Notes: a model not told the origin generated them from the sequence alone. DNA of 64,000 nucleotides from Chlorobiota bacterium (GCA_022616535.1 JAKEEM010000016.1:1683-65682), one strand, 5' to 3'. Shown: positions 46,601-56,646, counted from the first letter of the stretch. A program made the numbers and translations.

Positions 46601-46889
46601 TTCTCACGATGATATTGTTGACGCTACAAAAGACGGCGCAATTTTAAGACTCAGACCGAAATTAATGACTGTCGCCGTAAATCTTATAGGCCTGATTCCG
46701 ATTATGTGGGCAGCAGGCACGGGGTCTGACCTCGCAAAACCGATTGCAGTACCAATGATTGGCGGAGTTATCACGTCAGCCGTTCATGTGCTCTTTGTAA
46801 CTCCAATTATTTTTGTGATGATTAAAGTCTACCTAAACAAAAGGGGCAAACTCCATAAATCAGATATGGCAAAGTTCATGGTACACTGA
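43623..46889 (+). CDS. cusA: CusA/CzcA heavy-metal RND permease
   Basis: DAIPDLSENQVIVFT, NIMSLGG, FMPPLDEG, SGQWE, RLRPKLMT and AVPMIGG motifs. Confidence 0.95.
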   Translation: MIERIIEFSARNRFIVIVIYLLVIGAGIWSVINTPVDAIPDLSENQVIVFTQWMGRSPKIIEDQITYPLTQALQGIPNVRAVRSFSMFGMSFIYVIFEDKAEIYWARSRVLEKLNQVRDILPSGVTPVMGPDGTGVGHVYWYHLKSDKYDLGELRALQDYYLKYQLTSVEGVAEVASIGGFVKQYQIDVDPTKLYAYGLGINDVVGAVERSNRDVGGSNIEASESEYFVRGKGYISSPHDLENIVLKNTSNGTPVRVSDVGTVQIGGDTRRGLLDMNGEGEVVGGIIVMRYGENASTVIERVKEKLAELEKGLPEGITIETSYDRSSLIQNAINTLKNALIEEAIVVSLVVMVFLFHFRSAIRILIEMPVSVLIAFILMKQFNITSNIMSLGGLIISIGVLVDASIVLVENAYRNIANASERGEELNYTEISIKSAQQVGRAIFFSISIIVISFLPVFLLEGQEGKLFHPLAFTKTFALVGSALISITLVPMLMTLFMRGKVFSEEKNPVSRFFISIYRPLLNLALKYRKTTLVINVLALLITIPIIRSTGSEFMPPLDEGSLLFMPTTLPNVSITEAKRIMQIQDKIIMSVPEVEHVLGKVGRAETPTDPAPVNMIETIIILKDKSEWREGLTKNDIISELNSKLQIPGVGNAWTQPIINRINMLSTGVRTDLGIKIFGDNLDTLERLAIEAGEIVKKVPGAADVFAERTQGGRYIDVEIKRDAISRYGLKVEDVNMVIESAIGVSNITTTVEGRRRFPVRVRYYRDFRDDVEKMKNVLVTVGSSSGNMGNGSGNGMGNGESSGLSLGLGPSMQSGTSGTIQIPLSELADIKITTGPPMIASENNLLRSVVFLNVRGRDMGGFVEEAKEVLDKEFAPHLPKGYYYTWSGQWENQIRAKKRLQIVMPIVFLIIFVMLYMVFKNLLESVLVMLSVPFALIGGVYLMAILNYNFSVAVWVGFIALYGVAVETGVIMVIYLHEALDKKLIAKDEIVSHDDIVDATKDGAILRLRPKLMTVAVNLIGLIPIMWAAGTGSDLAKPIAVPMIGGVITSAVHVLFVTPIIFVMIKVYLNKRGKLHKSDMAKFMVH

Positions 46890-46906
46890 ACCCGATTTTG
46901 GGCAAT

Positions 46907-49183
46907 CTATTCAATTTGCAGTTCCTGGCTGATTCGGCTCATTCTGAGCAGTGAAAGCAGCCAGCTTATGGTTGATTCGGCTCCCTGGTTCTGATTAATC
47001 ATCGTCGATGTAAGCCCGTCATAACATCCGCCTGTTTCGTAATTGTAAAGAATCTCCTGCCGTTCGTTATTTCCCAAAAACCAACTGAAAGCAAGACCGA
47101 GCCTTTTCACCCATTCATAGTCGCGAGTAATATAATATGCCTGATAAAATGCGTCAATCAGCGGCGGGATTTCAATCGGCTGCTGGTCATATTTGGCTTT
47201 CTGCTTTCCTTTTTCATACCAGCCGTTATTGCCAACAATCGAAAGACAGTTTTTTTCCCTGTCATAAAGCTCGTTATAAAGCCAGCTTAGGGATTCAAGT
47301 CCCGCCTTCAAGTAAGCATCATTGCCAAACAACCTTCCCGCCATCAGCAGCGCCTGGGGAAGCCTTCCGTTAATATAGGTCAGCTTGTTTTCAAACCAAA
47401 GCCAATCTTTATCTTTTGATTTATCGTAATGCTCAAAGAGATTTTCAGCAAACGTTCTGCAGATTTTTTTTATATCCCTCGCACCGGAAAATCTTTCCAG
47501 ATACAGTATGCATCCCATTATAATGTAAGCTATTGCTCTCAATGATTTAAACTGTGTCATGTTTTTAATGCTCTTATCGAACAGAGATTTTGTCAAACCT
47601 AGTATCGATGATGAGGAAGCATTTTTAACCATATAACCGAGAACGAAAATCACTCTTCCGTTGCAGTCCTCAGAGCCGGTTTCCTCAAGCCACCTTCTGT
47701 CGTAGGACATGAAATTTCTGAACAGCCCCTTCTGCTCATTAAAAGAGTAATGAACAAACATAAGGTACTTGTTTATGTAATCTTTAATCCCACTCTCACT
47801 GTAAATCTGCTCATAAATCATAGATATAAGCAGCGCCCTCACATTATCATCAGTGCAGTACCCTTCGTTAGGATTGGGGATTGAAAAAGTTGCGTGCTGC
47901 AAAATCCCAGTGCTATCTGTTAAATTTTTGACATGATTTAAATTAACCTCGGGCAAATAAGGCAGTAATTTAAATTTTGAATGCTGAACTGGAAGAATTT
48001 TTCCGCTTTTAAATTCTTCAGCGGCTTTATGGAATACAGAGGCATAGGACTTCCCCACGTTTTTCCAAATCATTTCACGCCCCGCATCATAAGCATTTTT
48101 ACGCAGTTTATTCCTGATGTTTTCATCGATTAATAAATCAACAAACACGTCTTTTAAATAATCGGGATTTTTAAACGGAACGAGCATGCCTTTGCCGTCA
48201 TTTAAGATTTCTTCGGCATACCAGTATGGGGTTGAAACAACAGCTTTACCGCAGGCAAGAGCATAGGTCAAAGTTCCGGAAACAACCTGCTCTTTATGGT
48301 TATATGGACTAACGTAAATATCGCTCATCAGCAAAAATTCAAGAAGCTCCTTATCATCAACAAACCTGTTTATAAACATCACATGGTTTTCAAGCCCTAG
48401 CTTTTTAACAAGATTTTCCAGCGAATCCCTGTAAGATTCCCCGAACTTACGCTTAATATTGGGATGAGTGGCTCCTAAGACAATATATATTACATCGATA
48501 TACTTTTCAATAACACCAGGAAGAGAATTTATAACGTCTTCTACCCCCTTGCCCGGGCTTAATAATCCAAACGTTAAAATTACGCGCTTATCGGAAATTT
48601 TAAATTTATCCTTATAGTAAACAGTGTCAAGGAAGGGAACGTCGGGCGCGCCGTGCGGAATGAAATTGATTTTTTCCTCACCGATATCGTATACATCCTT
48701 AAGCATTTTAATCGATTTTCTGGAAAGTACTACAAGAAAAGAGGACCTCTCTCCTATTTCTTTAAGTATTTTAAGCTCGTCATCCGACGGATTTTCAACT
48801 ATTGTATGCAGGGTAGTTACAATGGGCTTATTCAGCTTTTCGAGCAAATATAAAATATTAGAGCCGTAGTCGCCCCCGTATAGACCGAACTCATGCTGAA
48901 TGCTTACAACATCGGAATCGGACAAGTTCAGAAAATAAGCAGCTTCTTTATAATCGTTAATGCTTTGAGCTTTGATTTCAAACTTAACTTCCGACGAATA
49001 TCGGTATCCTTCGGGAATGTCATTCAAAGCCGTTATATCAACAGAATAAATGTTCCCGGGAAGCTGCTTAATAATTGAGTTTGCTAAATCGCTTGTAAAT
49101 TTTGCAATTCCGCAATGTCTAGGAACATAGGACGAAATGAAAGAAATTCCAAATGGTTTGCTATGCTCATTAGCATTTATCAT
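46907..49183 (-). CDS. GT4 glycosyltransferase fused to a six-hairpin glycosidase-like domain
   Basis: PRHCGIA, QHEFG, FGLLSPGKG and SGTLTYA (GT4); GILQHA, GYCTDDN, YDQQPIE and NQGAES (C-terminal domain). Confidence 0.85.
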   Translation of the reverse strand: MINANEHSKPFGISFISSYVPRHCGIAKFTSDLANSIIKQLPGNIYSVDITALNDIPEGYRYSSEVKFEIKAQSINDYKEAAYFLNLSDSDVVSIQHEFGLYGGDYGSNILYLLEKLNKPIVTTLHTIVENPSDDELKILKEIGERSSFLVVLSRKSIKMLKDVYDIGEEKINFIPHGAPDVPFLDTVYYKDKFKISDKRVILTFGLLSPGKGVEDVINSLPGVIEKYIDVIYIVLGATHPNIKRKFGESYRDSLENLVKKLGLENHVMFINRFVDDKELLEFLLMSDIYVSPYNHKEQVVSGTLTYALACGKAVVSTPYWYAEEILNDGKGMLVPFKNPDYLKDVFVDLLIDENIRNKLRKNAYDAGREMIWKNVGKSYASVFHKAAEEFKSGKILPVQHSKFKLLPYLPEVNLNHVKNLTDSTGILQHATFSIPNPNEGYCTDDNVRALLISMIYEQIYSESGIKDYINKYLMFVHYSFNEQKGLFRNFMSYDRRWLEETGSEDCNGRVIFVLGYMVKNASSSSILGLTKSLFDKSIKNMTQFKSLRAIAYIIMGCILYLERFSGARDIKKICRTFAENLFEHYDKSKDKDWLWFENKLTYINGRLPQALLMAGRLFGNDAYLKAGLESLSWLYNELYDREKNCLSIVGNNGWYEKGKQKAKYDQQPIEIPPLIDAFYQAYYITRDYEWVKRLGLAFSWFLGNNERQEILYNYETGGCYDGLTSTMINQNQGAESTISWLLSLLRMSRISQELQIE

Positions 49184-50129
49184 GATTTAGATAATCTAAA
49201 ATTTGTTTAACAGAAGCAGTCGCAATTGCCATTGAAGTATCGGAAGCGCCGTAATACATAATCAGCTCGTCGCCTTTAACAACAACACCGCAGGGGAATG
49301 TTACATCGGGAACATCGCCAACCCTTTCATAAATTTCATTCGGCCCGAATACCCATTCAGCAGACCTTTTTATTACTTTTCTCGGGTCTTCTAAATCGAG
49401 CAAGGCTAAACCAAGCCTGTATAATGACCCCGCCGCTGTAGTCTTTACGCCATGATAAATAATCAGCCAGCCTTCGGAGGTTTCAATGGGCTGCGGACCT
49501 AATCCTATCTTATATGCGTCCCACCAGCTTCCCCTTCTTGCCGGCAAAAGTATAGAATAGTCGCCCCAATGTTTTAAATCGGGCGAAAAAGACATCCAAA
49601 TATGCGCTCCGAGCAAATAGCTCGTAGGCGAAGGACGGTGTATTAATGCCCACCTGCCCTTAAATTTCCTCGGGAACAGCGATGCATCCTTATCATCGGG
49701 AGGCATAATAACACCGTACCTGCGAAAAGTTATAAAGTCCTCCGTTGTTGCAAGAGAAACCAACGGTCCGCTTTCTGAAAATGAAGTATATACAACCGCA
49801 TAAGTATTTTCACTCTCAAGCTTAACAATCCTGGGGTCTTCTATCCCGAACTTTTCTTCCGGAAAGTCCGTTTTAGGAATCAGAGTAGGTTCAGAGTCAA
49901 TTTTCCAGTTTGTATAACCGTCTTGGCTTACAGCTTTGCACAAATGAGAAATCCCTCTCATATCCTCTACTCTGACTAGCAGCAGTACTTTGCCTCCAAA
50001 AACAGTTGCACCGGCATTGAAAACTGAGTTCACTCTGTAAGGCCACATTGCCGGGGTAAGGACAGGGTTATGCTTGAACCTTTTAAACAAAACACTTTCC
50101 TGGTGATGTTGAATATCTTTATCCCTCAT
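49170..50129 (-). CDS. GH130-family glycosidase/mannoside phosphorylase
   Basis: VFNAGA, GIEDPR, DKDASLFP, HRP, YHGV, VPDVTFPCG and YYGASD motifs. Confidence 0.88.
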   Translation of the reverse strand: MRDKDIQHHQESVLFKRFKHNPVLTPAMWPYRVNSVFNAGATVFGGKVLLLVRVEDMRGISHLCKAVSQDGYTNWKIDSEPTLIPKTDFPEEKFGIEDPRIVKLESENTYAVVYTSFSESGPLVSLATTEDFITFRRYGVIMPPDDKDASLFPRKFKGRWALIHRPSPTSYLLGAHIWMSFSPDLKHWGDYSILLPARRGSWWDAYKIGLGPQPIETSEGWLIIYHGVKTTAAGSLYRLGLALLDLEDPRKVIKRSAEWVFGPNEIYERVGDVPDVTFPCGVVVKGDELIMYYGASDTSMAIATASVKQILDYLNHDKC

Positions 50130-50191
50130 TCTTTTAAAAAAATTAAAGTAGGTTATGGTAAATTTAACGAAAAATGCTCAAAAATAATAAA

Positions 50192-51539
50192 TCAAATGCC
50201 CAGATTCTTTATTTTTCTATAAAAGGTTCTTTGGTTCATATTCAGTATCCTTGCAGCTTTTGATTTATTGCCGCCAGCCTGTTCAAGAGCTTTTAAAATT
50301 ATGTCTCTTTCGGCCTGCTTGGTTGAATATTCAAATGTCATATCTCCTGCATCTCCGTCACCCGAAATAAAAGAAGGAGTTTCTTCCGGCAGGTTTATCG
50401 AGTCAAGCGTATCACCCGTGCTCAGCAGCACGGCTCTTCTTATAACGTTCCTCAGCTCTCTAATATTGCCGGGCCAGCTGTAATTAATAAGCTTCTCCGC
50501 CATTTTTTTGGAAATGTTCACTACATTCTTATTAAGCTCTTCATTAGCTTCCTTGACAAAATGTTCAGCAAAGAGCTTTATATCATCTTTCCTTTCCCTT
50601 AATGGGGGTAAATCAATGTGAAATTCATTTAACCTGTAATACAAATCATCTCTGAAGCGCTCCTTTTTTACAATATCACTGAGTCTTGTATTAGATGCCG
50701 CAATAATTCTTACATCAAGCTTGACGGGATTTTTGCCGCCCAAACGTGATATTTTTCTTTCCTGAATTGCTCTAAGTAATTTTATCTGGTTTGACTCGGA
50801 TAGATTTGTAATTTCGTCAAGAAATAATGTTCCTTCATTCGCCTGCTCAAACTTGCCGATTTTTTGTGTTTTCGCATCTGTAAAAGCACCTTTTTCATGC
50901 CCGAATAATTCGCTTTCGATTAACGATTCCGGTATTGCTCCGCAATCCACGGCAATAAACGGTTTTTTGTTTCTGTCGCTCAGCCTGTGAATAAAATTAG
51001 CAATCACTTCCTTTCCTGTTCCGCTTTCTCCTTGAATTAAAACTGTTAGTGCGGTCGGAGTAACTATTTTTACCTGTTCAAAAACCTCTTTAATTTTTTT
51101 GCTGTTTCCCACAATCATTTTATCGCTTTTATACGCTTCGTCAGTTTTTTTCCTTAAAAGATTTACTTCCTTGTTGAGATAATCCATCTCAAGGGTTTTC
51201 CTGATTGTAAAAATCATTTCTTCGTTATTAAACGGCTTGGTCAGGTAATCCTGCGCTCCCTGCTTTATAGCATCAACTGCATTTTTGATGTCACCGAAAG
51301 CTGTGAGCATAAGGACGGGCAAATCAGGTTTTATTTTTTTAATTTCCTTAAGTACCTGAATCCCGTCGGCTCCGGGAAGCTTTATATCACAAATAACAAG
51401 ATTGTAGGGATTTGACTTAATTTCTTTGATTCCCTTGTCACCGTCTTCTACAGCTAAGGCTTCGTATCCCGCTTCCTCGAGCACGTTTGTTAATATACCT
51501 TAGAGATTCGTTATCGTCTATTATTAGTATTTTTTCCAC
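50192..51539 (-). pseudogene. NtrC-family sigma54-dependent response regulator with an apparent 2-nt deletion near codon 16
   Basis: GTG 51539 gives MEKILIIDDNESLRY, then the frame shifts to the ORF containing VLEEAGY, GESGTGKE, GAFTDA and Fis-type HTH. Span is 1348 nt (449 codons + 1). Confidence 0.82.
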
Positions 51540-54500
51540 TGTGATTTATCGGTAATTTTATTTCTACTGTAGTCCCTGTTCCCTCAGTGCTTCTAATATT
51601 CAGTATTCCCTGATGGGCTTTAACGGTCTGATAAGCCAGCCCCAAGCCGAGCCCTGTTCCGTTGGTTTTGGTAGTAAAAAAAGGCTCAAATATCTTATCT
51701 AAATTTTCCTGTGATATCCCCACACCCGTGTCCGAAATACTCATTACCAGCTCATTGCTGCCTTTGCTCTGCTTAACATCGATATTTAATTTCCCGCCTC
51801 TGGGCATTGCATCAATTGAATTTGATACAAAATTCATTAATGCATTTTCCAGTTTAATTTTATCTATAAAAAGCCAGGGGAGATTTTTCTGAACTGCTTT
51901 GCTTATTTCTATTTTATTTTCGGCGCACCTTGGCTTAACGCTACCGATTATGTTATCCAAAATCTCGTTAAGATTTTCCTCCTTAAATACAAGGTCTTCC
52001 GGCGAGGCAAAATTCAGTAAATCCCTTATTATTTTATCGGCAATATCGGTATTTACTAGTATATATTTCAAATGCTTCTGTGATTTTTCATCCAATTTTG
52101 CTTTTGCGAGCAGCTGCGCAAGCGCACTAATGTTAGCAAGCGGATTCCTGATTTCATGCGCAATTCCGGACGAAAATCTGCCTAAAGCAGCAAGTTTTTC
52201 ATTATTTATAGCATCCTTCTGTGCCTCTATCAAGCGGGCGTTGGTTTTGCGAAGCTCCTCTTCAACAAGTTTAATATCGGTAATGTCCTGAACGCTTCCG
52301 TATAGTTTCAGGGGTTTATTATTTGAATCGAATTCAATGAGTAATTCAACATTAAGATACTTTAAGCGTCCGTTTTTAGTTACTATCCTGTAATCAATTA
52401 CTGCCGGCTCTGGTTTCTTTTCAAACTGGGCAATTAATTTTTCGACTTTCCCGGTATCCACGGGATGAATCAACGAAAAAAGAATTTTATAATCCTGTTC
52501 AATCTCGCCGGGTCTGAAACCGTGGATTCTGTATAATTCATCAGACCAAACCTGCTTGCCCGTAATTAAGTCAGCTTCCCAGCTGCCGAGCTTGGCAATT
52601 TTCTGCGATTGCTCAAGCATTTTCTGTTTTTCAATTAACTCACATTCAATTTGTTTTCTCACAGAAATATCTCTTAACATGCCTGTGAAAAAGACCTCGT
52701 TATTCAGATGCCATTTAGAGAGCGAGAGCTCAATCGGAAATTCCGTCCCGTCTTTTCTTCTTCCCGCGAGCTCGATAGTCCGCCCTATCAGGTTTGAATT
52801 CCCCGTGCTGACCGTCTTTTCAAATGCTCTCAAGTGTCTTTCCTTAAGGGCTTCGGGCATCAGAGCGGTTAATTTTTGGCTGAGAAGCTCTGAGGCATTA
52901 TAACCGAAAATATTTTCAACGCTTTTGTTTATGTAAATTATATTTCCCTCTTTGTTCGATGTGATTATAGCTTCATTGGCAGTATCGGCAACCGCCTTGA
53001 AATGCTTTTCACCTTCTCTTATTTTATCGAGTATTTCGCTTCTTTCAACAATGCTTCCCAACTCGACGCCGATATTGCTGATACACTCCAGAATTTCACT
53101 GTCAAGCGGCTCATCATCGGCTTTAAAAAATTCCAAAACACCTATGGCTTCGGTCTGCTTCATAACCGGTATCCATATTCCTGTTTTTAGACCGGTTTTC
53201 CCGGTAAACTTCAATCTTTTGTATGACTCCCCTTCAAGCTCGGAGAGCTTAACCCAATATGCCTTCTGCTCCTCAAAAGCCGTTCCGGGCAAGCCCTCTC
53301 CCTTAACAAAAACAGCGCTTTCGAAAAGCTCTTTCAATGAGATGTATTCTTCGCCGAGATTGTAGTTCCAAAGACCTGATGAAACTAAAGTCCCGTCCTC
53401 GCTTTTTAAATAGCAATGTCCAACATCCCACTTCGTATACTGGCAAACCTTATTAATAGCATACGAAATCGAATTTTTCAAATCAAATGACTTATTTGTA
53501 ATTAATATGACGTCATTTAAAAGCTTTAAAAGACTGTTTTGCTTCTTAATGAGGGTTTCATTTGTTTTTAAATCGGTAATATCCTGGCATATGCCGACTA
53601 TTGCCTCTGCCCTGCCTTCATCATTACGTATAACCGAGGTAGAAAGATAAACAATAAATTCGGAATCATCCTTTCTGCGGTTCTTAAGCTCGCCTTTCCA
53701 GCCGCCTCTCAAGGTCCTAACGAGTAATTCGTCCTTTGTTTTGTCGTCAATGGTATTTGAAAATACCACAGGAATTCTTTTATTGAGCAGCTCTTCTTCG
53801 TAATATCCATAAACGGATTCAAAAGCAGAATTAATGAAAATCGTCCTGCTTTCAAGATCAGTTATATAAACACATTCCTTTATTCCCTTAATGGCATGCG
53901 CAAACAGCTTTAGCTTGCCCTGAATTTTTTCTTTATTTTCAATTTCAGTTAAGAGTCTGGTTAAAGTATTAGCCAGCTCAATTGTCCGGTCTTTGACTCT
54001 GTCTTCAAGCTCGCTGTATGATTTTTTTAATTCATTTTCTGCTTTTTTCCTCTCCAAATAATTTCCTATTTGCCTGCCGACAGCTTCCAGCACTTCAAGC
54101 AAATCTTCCATCGGGCTTAAGCGGTTTCGGCTAAAACACTCCAGCACAGATATTATATCTCTACCGTTGCTGATTGGAACTGCAAACGCAGAAATCCATC
54201 CCATTTTAAGGGCATCATTTTTCCTGATAAAGTTATGGTCAATCCTTATATCCTGTATCCACATAGATTTTGAATTTTTCCAAACAATTCCAGGCAGCCC
54301 GGAACCTTTTTTCAGCGAAAATTCACTATCATACATAGCCGTGTATTCCCTTGTGTTGCGTTTTCCGGCCGCCCATGTTGATGCGGGCTTCAGTCTGCCG
54401 TTTTCAACAACCCATAAAATTCCGAAATCCCAGTTTAAGCCGGTGCAGATATCCTCCAAGACACCGCTTAAAGTTTCGTCAAAAGATTTCGCTTCTTCCA

Positions 54501-55713
54501 GAGTCTTTGCAACCGTGTGCTGAATCTTTAAATATTTTTCGTTCGTTTTCCTTAAATGAATATCTATACATGAGCCGATATAACCGGCAAATTCATCCCC
54601 TTCATATCTTGGGATAGCTTTATCCAATACCCAGCGGAATTCACCCTTTGTATTTCTAAGGCGGAATTCCATTTCAAACGGTTCCATTCGTTCAAAAGCC
54701 AGTATATAGGTTTCCAGGCAGTTTTTCAAATCCTCGGGGTGAATCCCCTCAGCCCAACCGTTTCCAAGTTCCTGCTGAAGTGTTCTGCCGGTAAAATCGA
54801 GCCAGCTTTTATTAAAATAATTACAATGCTTATTCCTGCTTGACATCCATATCATCACAGGTGAGGAATCCGCCATTACGCGGAATCTTTCCTCGCTTTC
54901 GCGCAATGAGTTTTCGGTTTTTATCCTTGCCTCAATTTCCTGAACAAGCTGGGCATTTGCTGATTTTAACTCGGCTGTTCTTTCTTCCACCTTGTCTTCA
55001 AGCTCTTCATAGGATTTCTGAAGAAGCCGCTCGGCGGTATTTTTATTTTTAATTAACCTGTTTGAGATAAAAAGCGAAAGGCCTATAATTACAAATGCAA
55101 ACAAGCTTGTGGATATGATAAATATCTGGATGTTCAGCGAGCTTTCATTTGCTTTAGCCTGCCTGCTATTTAAAAGCTCAATTTCTTCATTTTTAACCGA
55201 AAGAGAAATATCGTAAATTTGCTCAAGGGTGTGCTGCGAGGCAGTTGCCAATTTTGTCTGTTCTTCGGTCACCTTATCCTCGAGCTTAAAAAGAGTTATT
55301 GATGAATCAAGAAGCAAAATATGTAATGAAGCCAGAGAATCAATCTGCAAAACCAATCTCTCCTGATTCGAATTACTTTTTACTATCTCCCTCACCTCGG
55401 TTATTTCATTTTGAAGCATAAGTCTGTTCTCGTTGTAAGAGTCCAGATACTTTTGGTCCCTCATCAGGATATAGCCTCTTCTAAACAGCAGCATCTGGGA
55501 AAGGTAAATATTAAGCTGGTCGGTTTTCTTTATTACTTCCTGAGCGTGATCTACCCATTCAATACTATCTTTATAACTGCTTATATTTTTGTATGTAACA
55601 ATGCTGAGAATTATAAAACATACCAAAAAAATCAAAAATGCCGCGGGAATAAATTTTTCTAAGGGGAGCTGATTAGCTAAGTTGCTGAATTCCGGTTTAA
55701 TTTTTCTTTTCAT
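51511..55713 (-). CDS. sensor histidine kinase: TM-CHASE3-TM, multiple PAS and GAF domains, HisKA, HATPase
   Basis: WVDHAQEV (CHASE3); PAS and GAF repeats; AHEIRNPL, DTGVGI and GTGLGL motifs. Confidence 0.92.
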   Translation of the reverse strand: MKRKIKPEFSNLANQLPLEKFIPAAFLIFLVCFIILSIVTYKNISSYKDSIEWVDHAQEVIKKTDQLNIYLSQMLLFRRGYILMRDQKYLDSYNENRLMLQNEITEVREIVKSNSNQERLVLQIDSLASLHILLLDSSITLFKLEDKVTEEQTKLATASQHTLEQIYDISLSVKNEEIELLNSRQAKANESSLNIQIFIISTSLFAFVIIGLSLFISNRLIKNKNTAERLLQKSYEELEDKVEERTAELKSANAQLVQEIEARIKTENSLRESEERFRVMADSSPVMIWMSSRNKHCNYFNKSWLDFTGRTLQQELGNGWAEGIHPEDLKNCLETYILAFERMEPFEMEFRLRNTKGEFRWVLDKAIPRYEGDEFAGYIGSCIDIHLRKTNEKYLKIQHTVAKTLEEAKSFDETLSGVLEDICTGLNWDFGILWVVENGRLKPASTWAAGKRNTREYTAMYDSEFSLKKGSGLPGIVWKNSKSMWIQDIRIDHNFIRKNDALKMGWISAFAVPISNGRDIISVLECFSRNRLSPMEDLLEVLEAVGRQIGNYLERKKAENELKKSYSELEDRVKDRTIELANTLTRLLTEIENKEKIQGKLKLFAHAIKGIKECVYITDLESRTIFINSAFESVYGYYEEELLNKRIPVVFSNTIDDKTKDELLVRTLRGGWKGELKNRRKDDSEFIVYLSTSVIRNDEGRAEAIVGICQDITDLKTNETLIKKQNSLLKLLNDVILITNKSFDLKNSISYAINKVCQYTKWDVGHCYLKSEDGTLVSSGLWNYNLGEEYISLKELFESAVFVKGEGLPGTAFEEQKAYWVKLSELEGESYKRLKFTGKTGLKTGIWIPVMKQTEAIGVLEFFKADDEPLDSEILECISNIGVELGSIVERSEILDKIREGEKHFKAVADTANEAIITSNKEGNIIYINKSVENIFGYNASELLSQKLTALMPEALKERHLRAFEKTVSTGNSNLIGRTIELAGRRKDGTEFPIELSLSKWHLNNEVFFTGMLRDISVRKQIECELIEKQKMLEQSQKIAKLGSWEADLITGKQVWSDELYRIHGFRPGEIEQDYKILFSLIHPVDTGKVEKLIAQFEKKPEPAVIDYRIVTKNGRLKYLNVELLIEFDSNNKPLKLYGSVQDITDIKLVEEELRKTNARLIEAQKDAINNEKLAALGRFSSGIAHEIRNPLANISALAQLLAKAKLDEKSQKHLKYILVNTDIADKIIRDLLNFASPEDLVFKEENLNEILDNIIGSVKPRCAENKIEISKAVQKNLPWLFIDKIKLENALMNFVSNSIDAMPRGGKLNIDVKQSKGSNELVMSISDTGVGISQENLDKIFEPFFTTKTNGTGLGLGLAYQTVKAHQGILNIRSTEGTGTTVEIKLPINHSGKNTNNRR

Positions 55714-55732
55714 TTAATCCTCGCTACTTACA

Positions 55733-55756
55733 ATATATGACAATTTTGTCATATAT
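55733..55756. promoter_or_regulatory. perfect palindrome, candidate activator-binding site (UAS)
   Basis: ATATATGACAA-TT-TTGTCATATAT has perfect 11-bp arms. Confidence 0.65.
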
Positions 55757-55801
55757 AATAATTCCTCTCTAAAATAAACACTTAAAACCTCAAAAAAGAT
55801 T

Positions 55802-55816
55802 TGGCACAAGATTTGT
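55802..55816 (+). promoter_or_regulatory. sigma54-type -24/-12 promoter (variant TTGT)
   Basis: TGGCAC-AAGAT-TTGT, with GG-N10-GT spacing. Confidence 0.65.
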
Positions 55817-55890
55817 TATCTAACAATTATCTATGTTCTATTAAAATACTAAAAATTTATTTGTTATAAAATTATCAAGGAGGAGAAATA

Positions 55891-56046
55891 ATGTTTAACA
55901 TCATAATTTCACACCAAGAACTGGGTTATTTAAGATTATTATTGGATTTAGCCGCCCTTGATGATGATAACAAAAGTAACAACAAGGACTTAAAAACAGA
56001 CACAAAAATTAATGAAAAGCCCCTAATAATTAATAAAACTTACTGA
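55891..56046 (+). CDS. small protein (51 aa)
   Basis: MFNIIISHQELGYLRLLLDLAALDDD...; AAGGAGG RBS; first ORF after the sigma54-like promoter. Confidence 0.55.
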   Translation: MFNIIISHQELGYLRLLLDLAALDDDNKSNNKDLKTDTKINEKPLIINKTY

Positions 56047-56094
56047 TTTAAACATTAAATAACAATATTTTTAAATTTATAAAAACTAAAAAAA

Positions 56095-56610
56095 TTGAAT
56101 GCCGGTGAAACCAAAAATACAGTAAAAAGCACAAACAAAAGGCATAAGCACCTTAATATTATGATAGTTGAGGATGACAAATATATGAATGAGGCACTTT
56201 GCTACGTTTTGGAGTCAGAAGGATATAATGTTGATTCCTCAACCGATGCTCCAAATGCGGTGGATATGTTAAAAAACACCGGTAAAAACTATGATTTATT
56301 GATTGTGGACTACAATTTACAGCATTTTGGCGGAATGACGGGGCTTGATGTATACGAAATAGCCAAAAACGTCAATCCTGCCAGCAAGGGTGTTATGATA
56401 TCTGCTTACGGAAGAAACAAAAATTTAAGAGAAAAAGCACTGGAAAAAGGAATAGCCGTGTTTTTGGATAAACCGTTTCTAATAAGTGAGCTGATTGATT
56501 CAGTTGAAGGACTGAGAGGTGAGAATGAGGTAAAGAATAGAAGCAAGGGAAAATTAAAAGAAAATCTTAAGGATAACTCCGACTCGAGGACACAATTTAA
56601 TCACATTTAA
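56095..56610 (+). CDS. single-domain response regulator (receiver)
   Basis: IMIVEDD, LLIVD (phospho-Asp), ISAY and FLDKPF motifs. Confidence 0.88.
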   Translation: MNAGETKNTVKSTNKRHKHLNIMIVEDDKYMNEALCYVLESEGYNVDSSTDAPNAVDMLKNTGKNYDLLIVDYNLQHFGGMTGLDVYEIAKNVNPASKGVMISAYGRNKNLREKALEKGIAVFLDKPFLISELIDSVEGLRGENEVKNRSKGKLKENLKDNSDSRTQFNHI

Positions 56611-56646
56611 AATTAATCACATTAAAAATTATATCGCAATAGAGTT

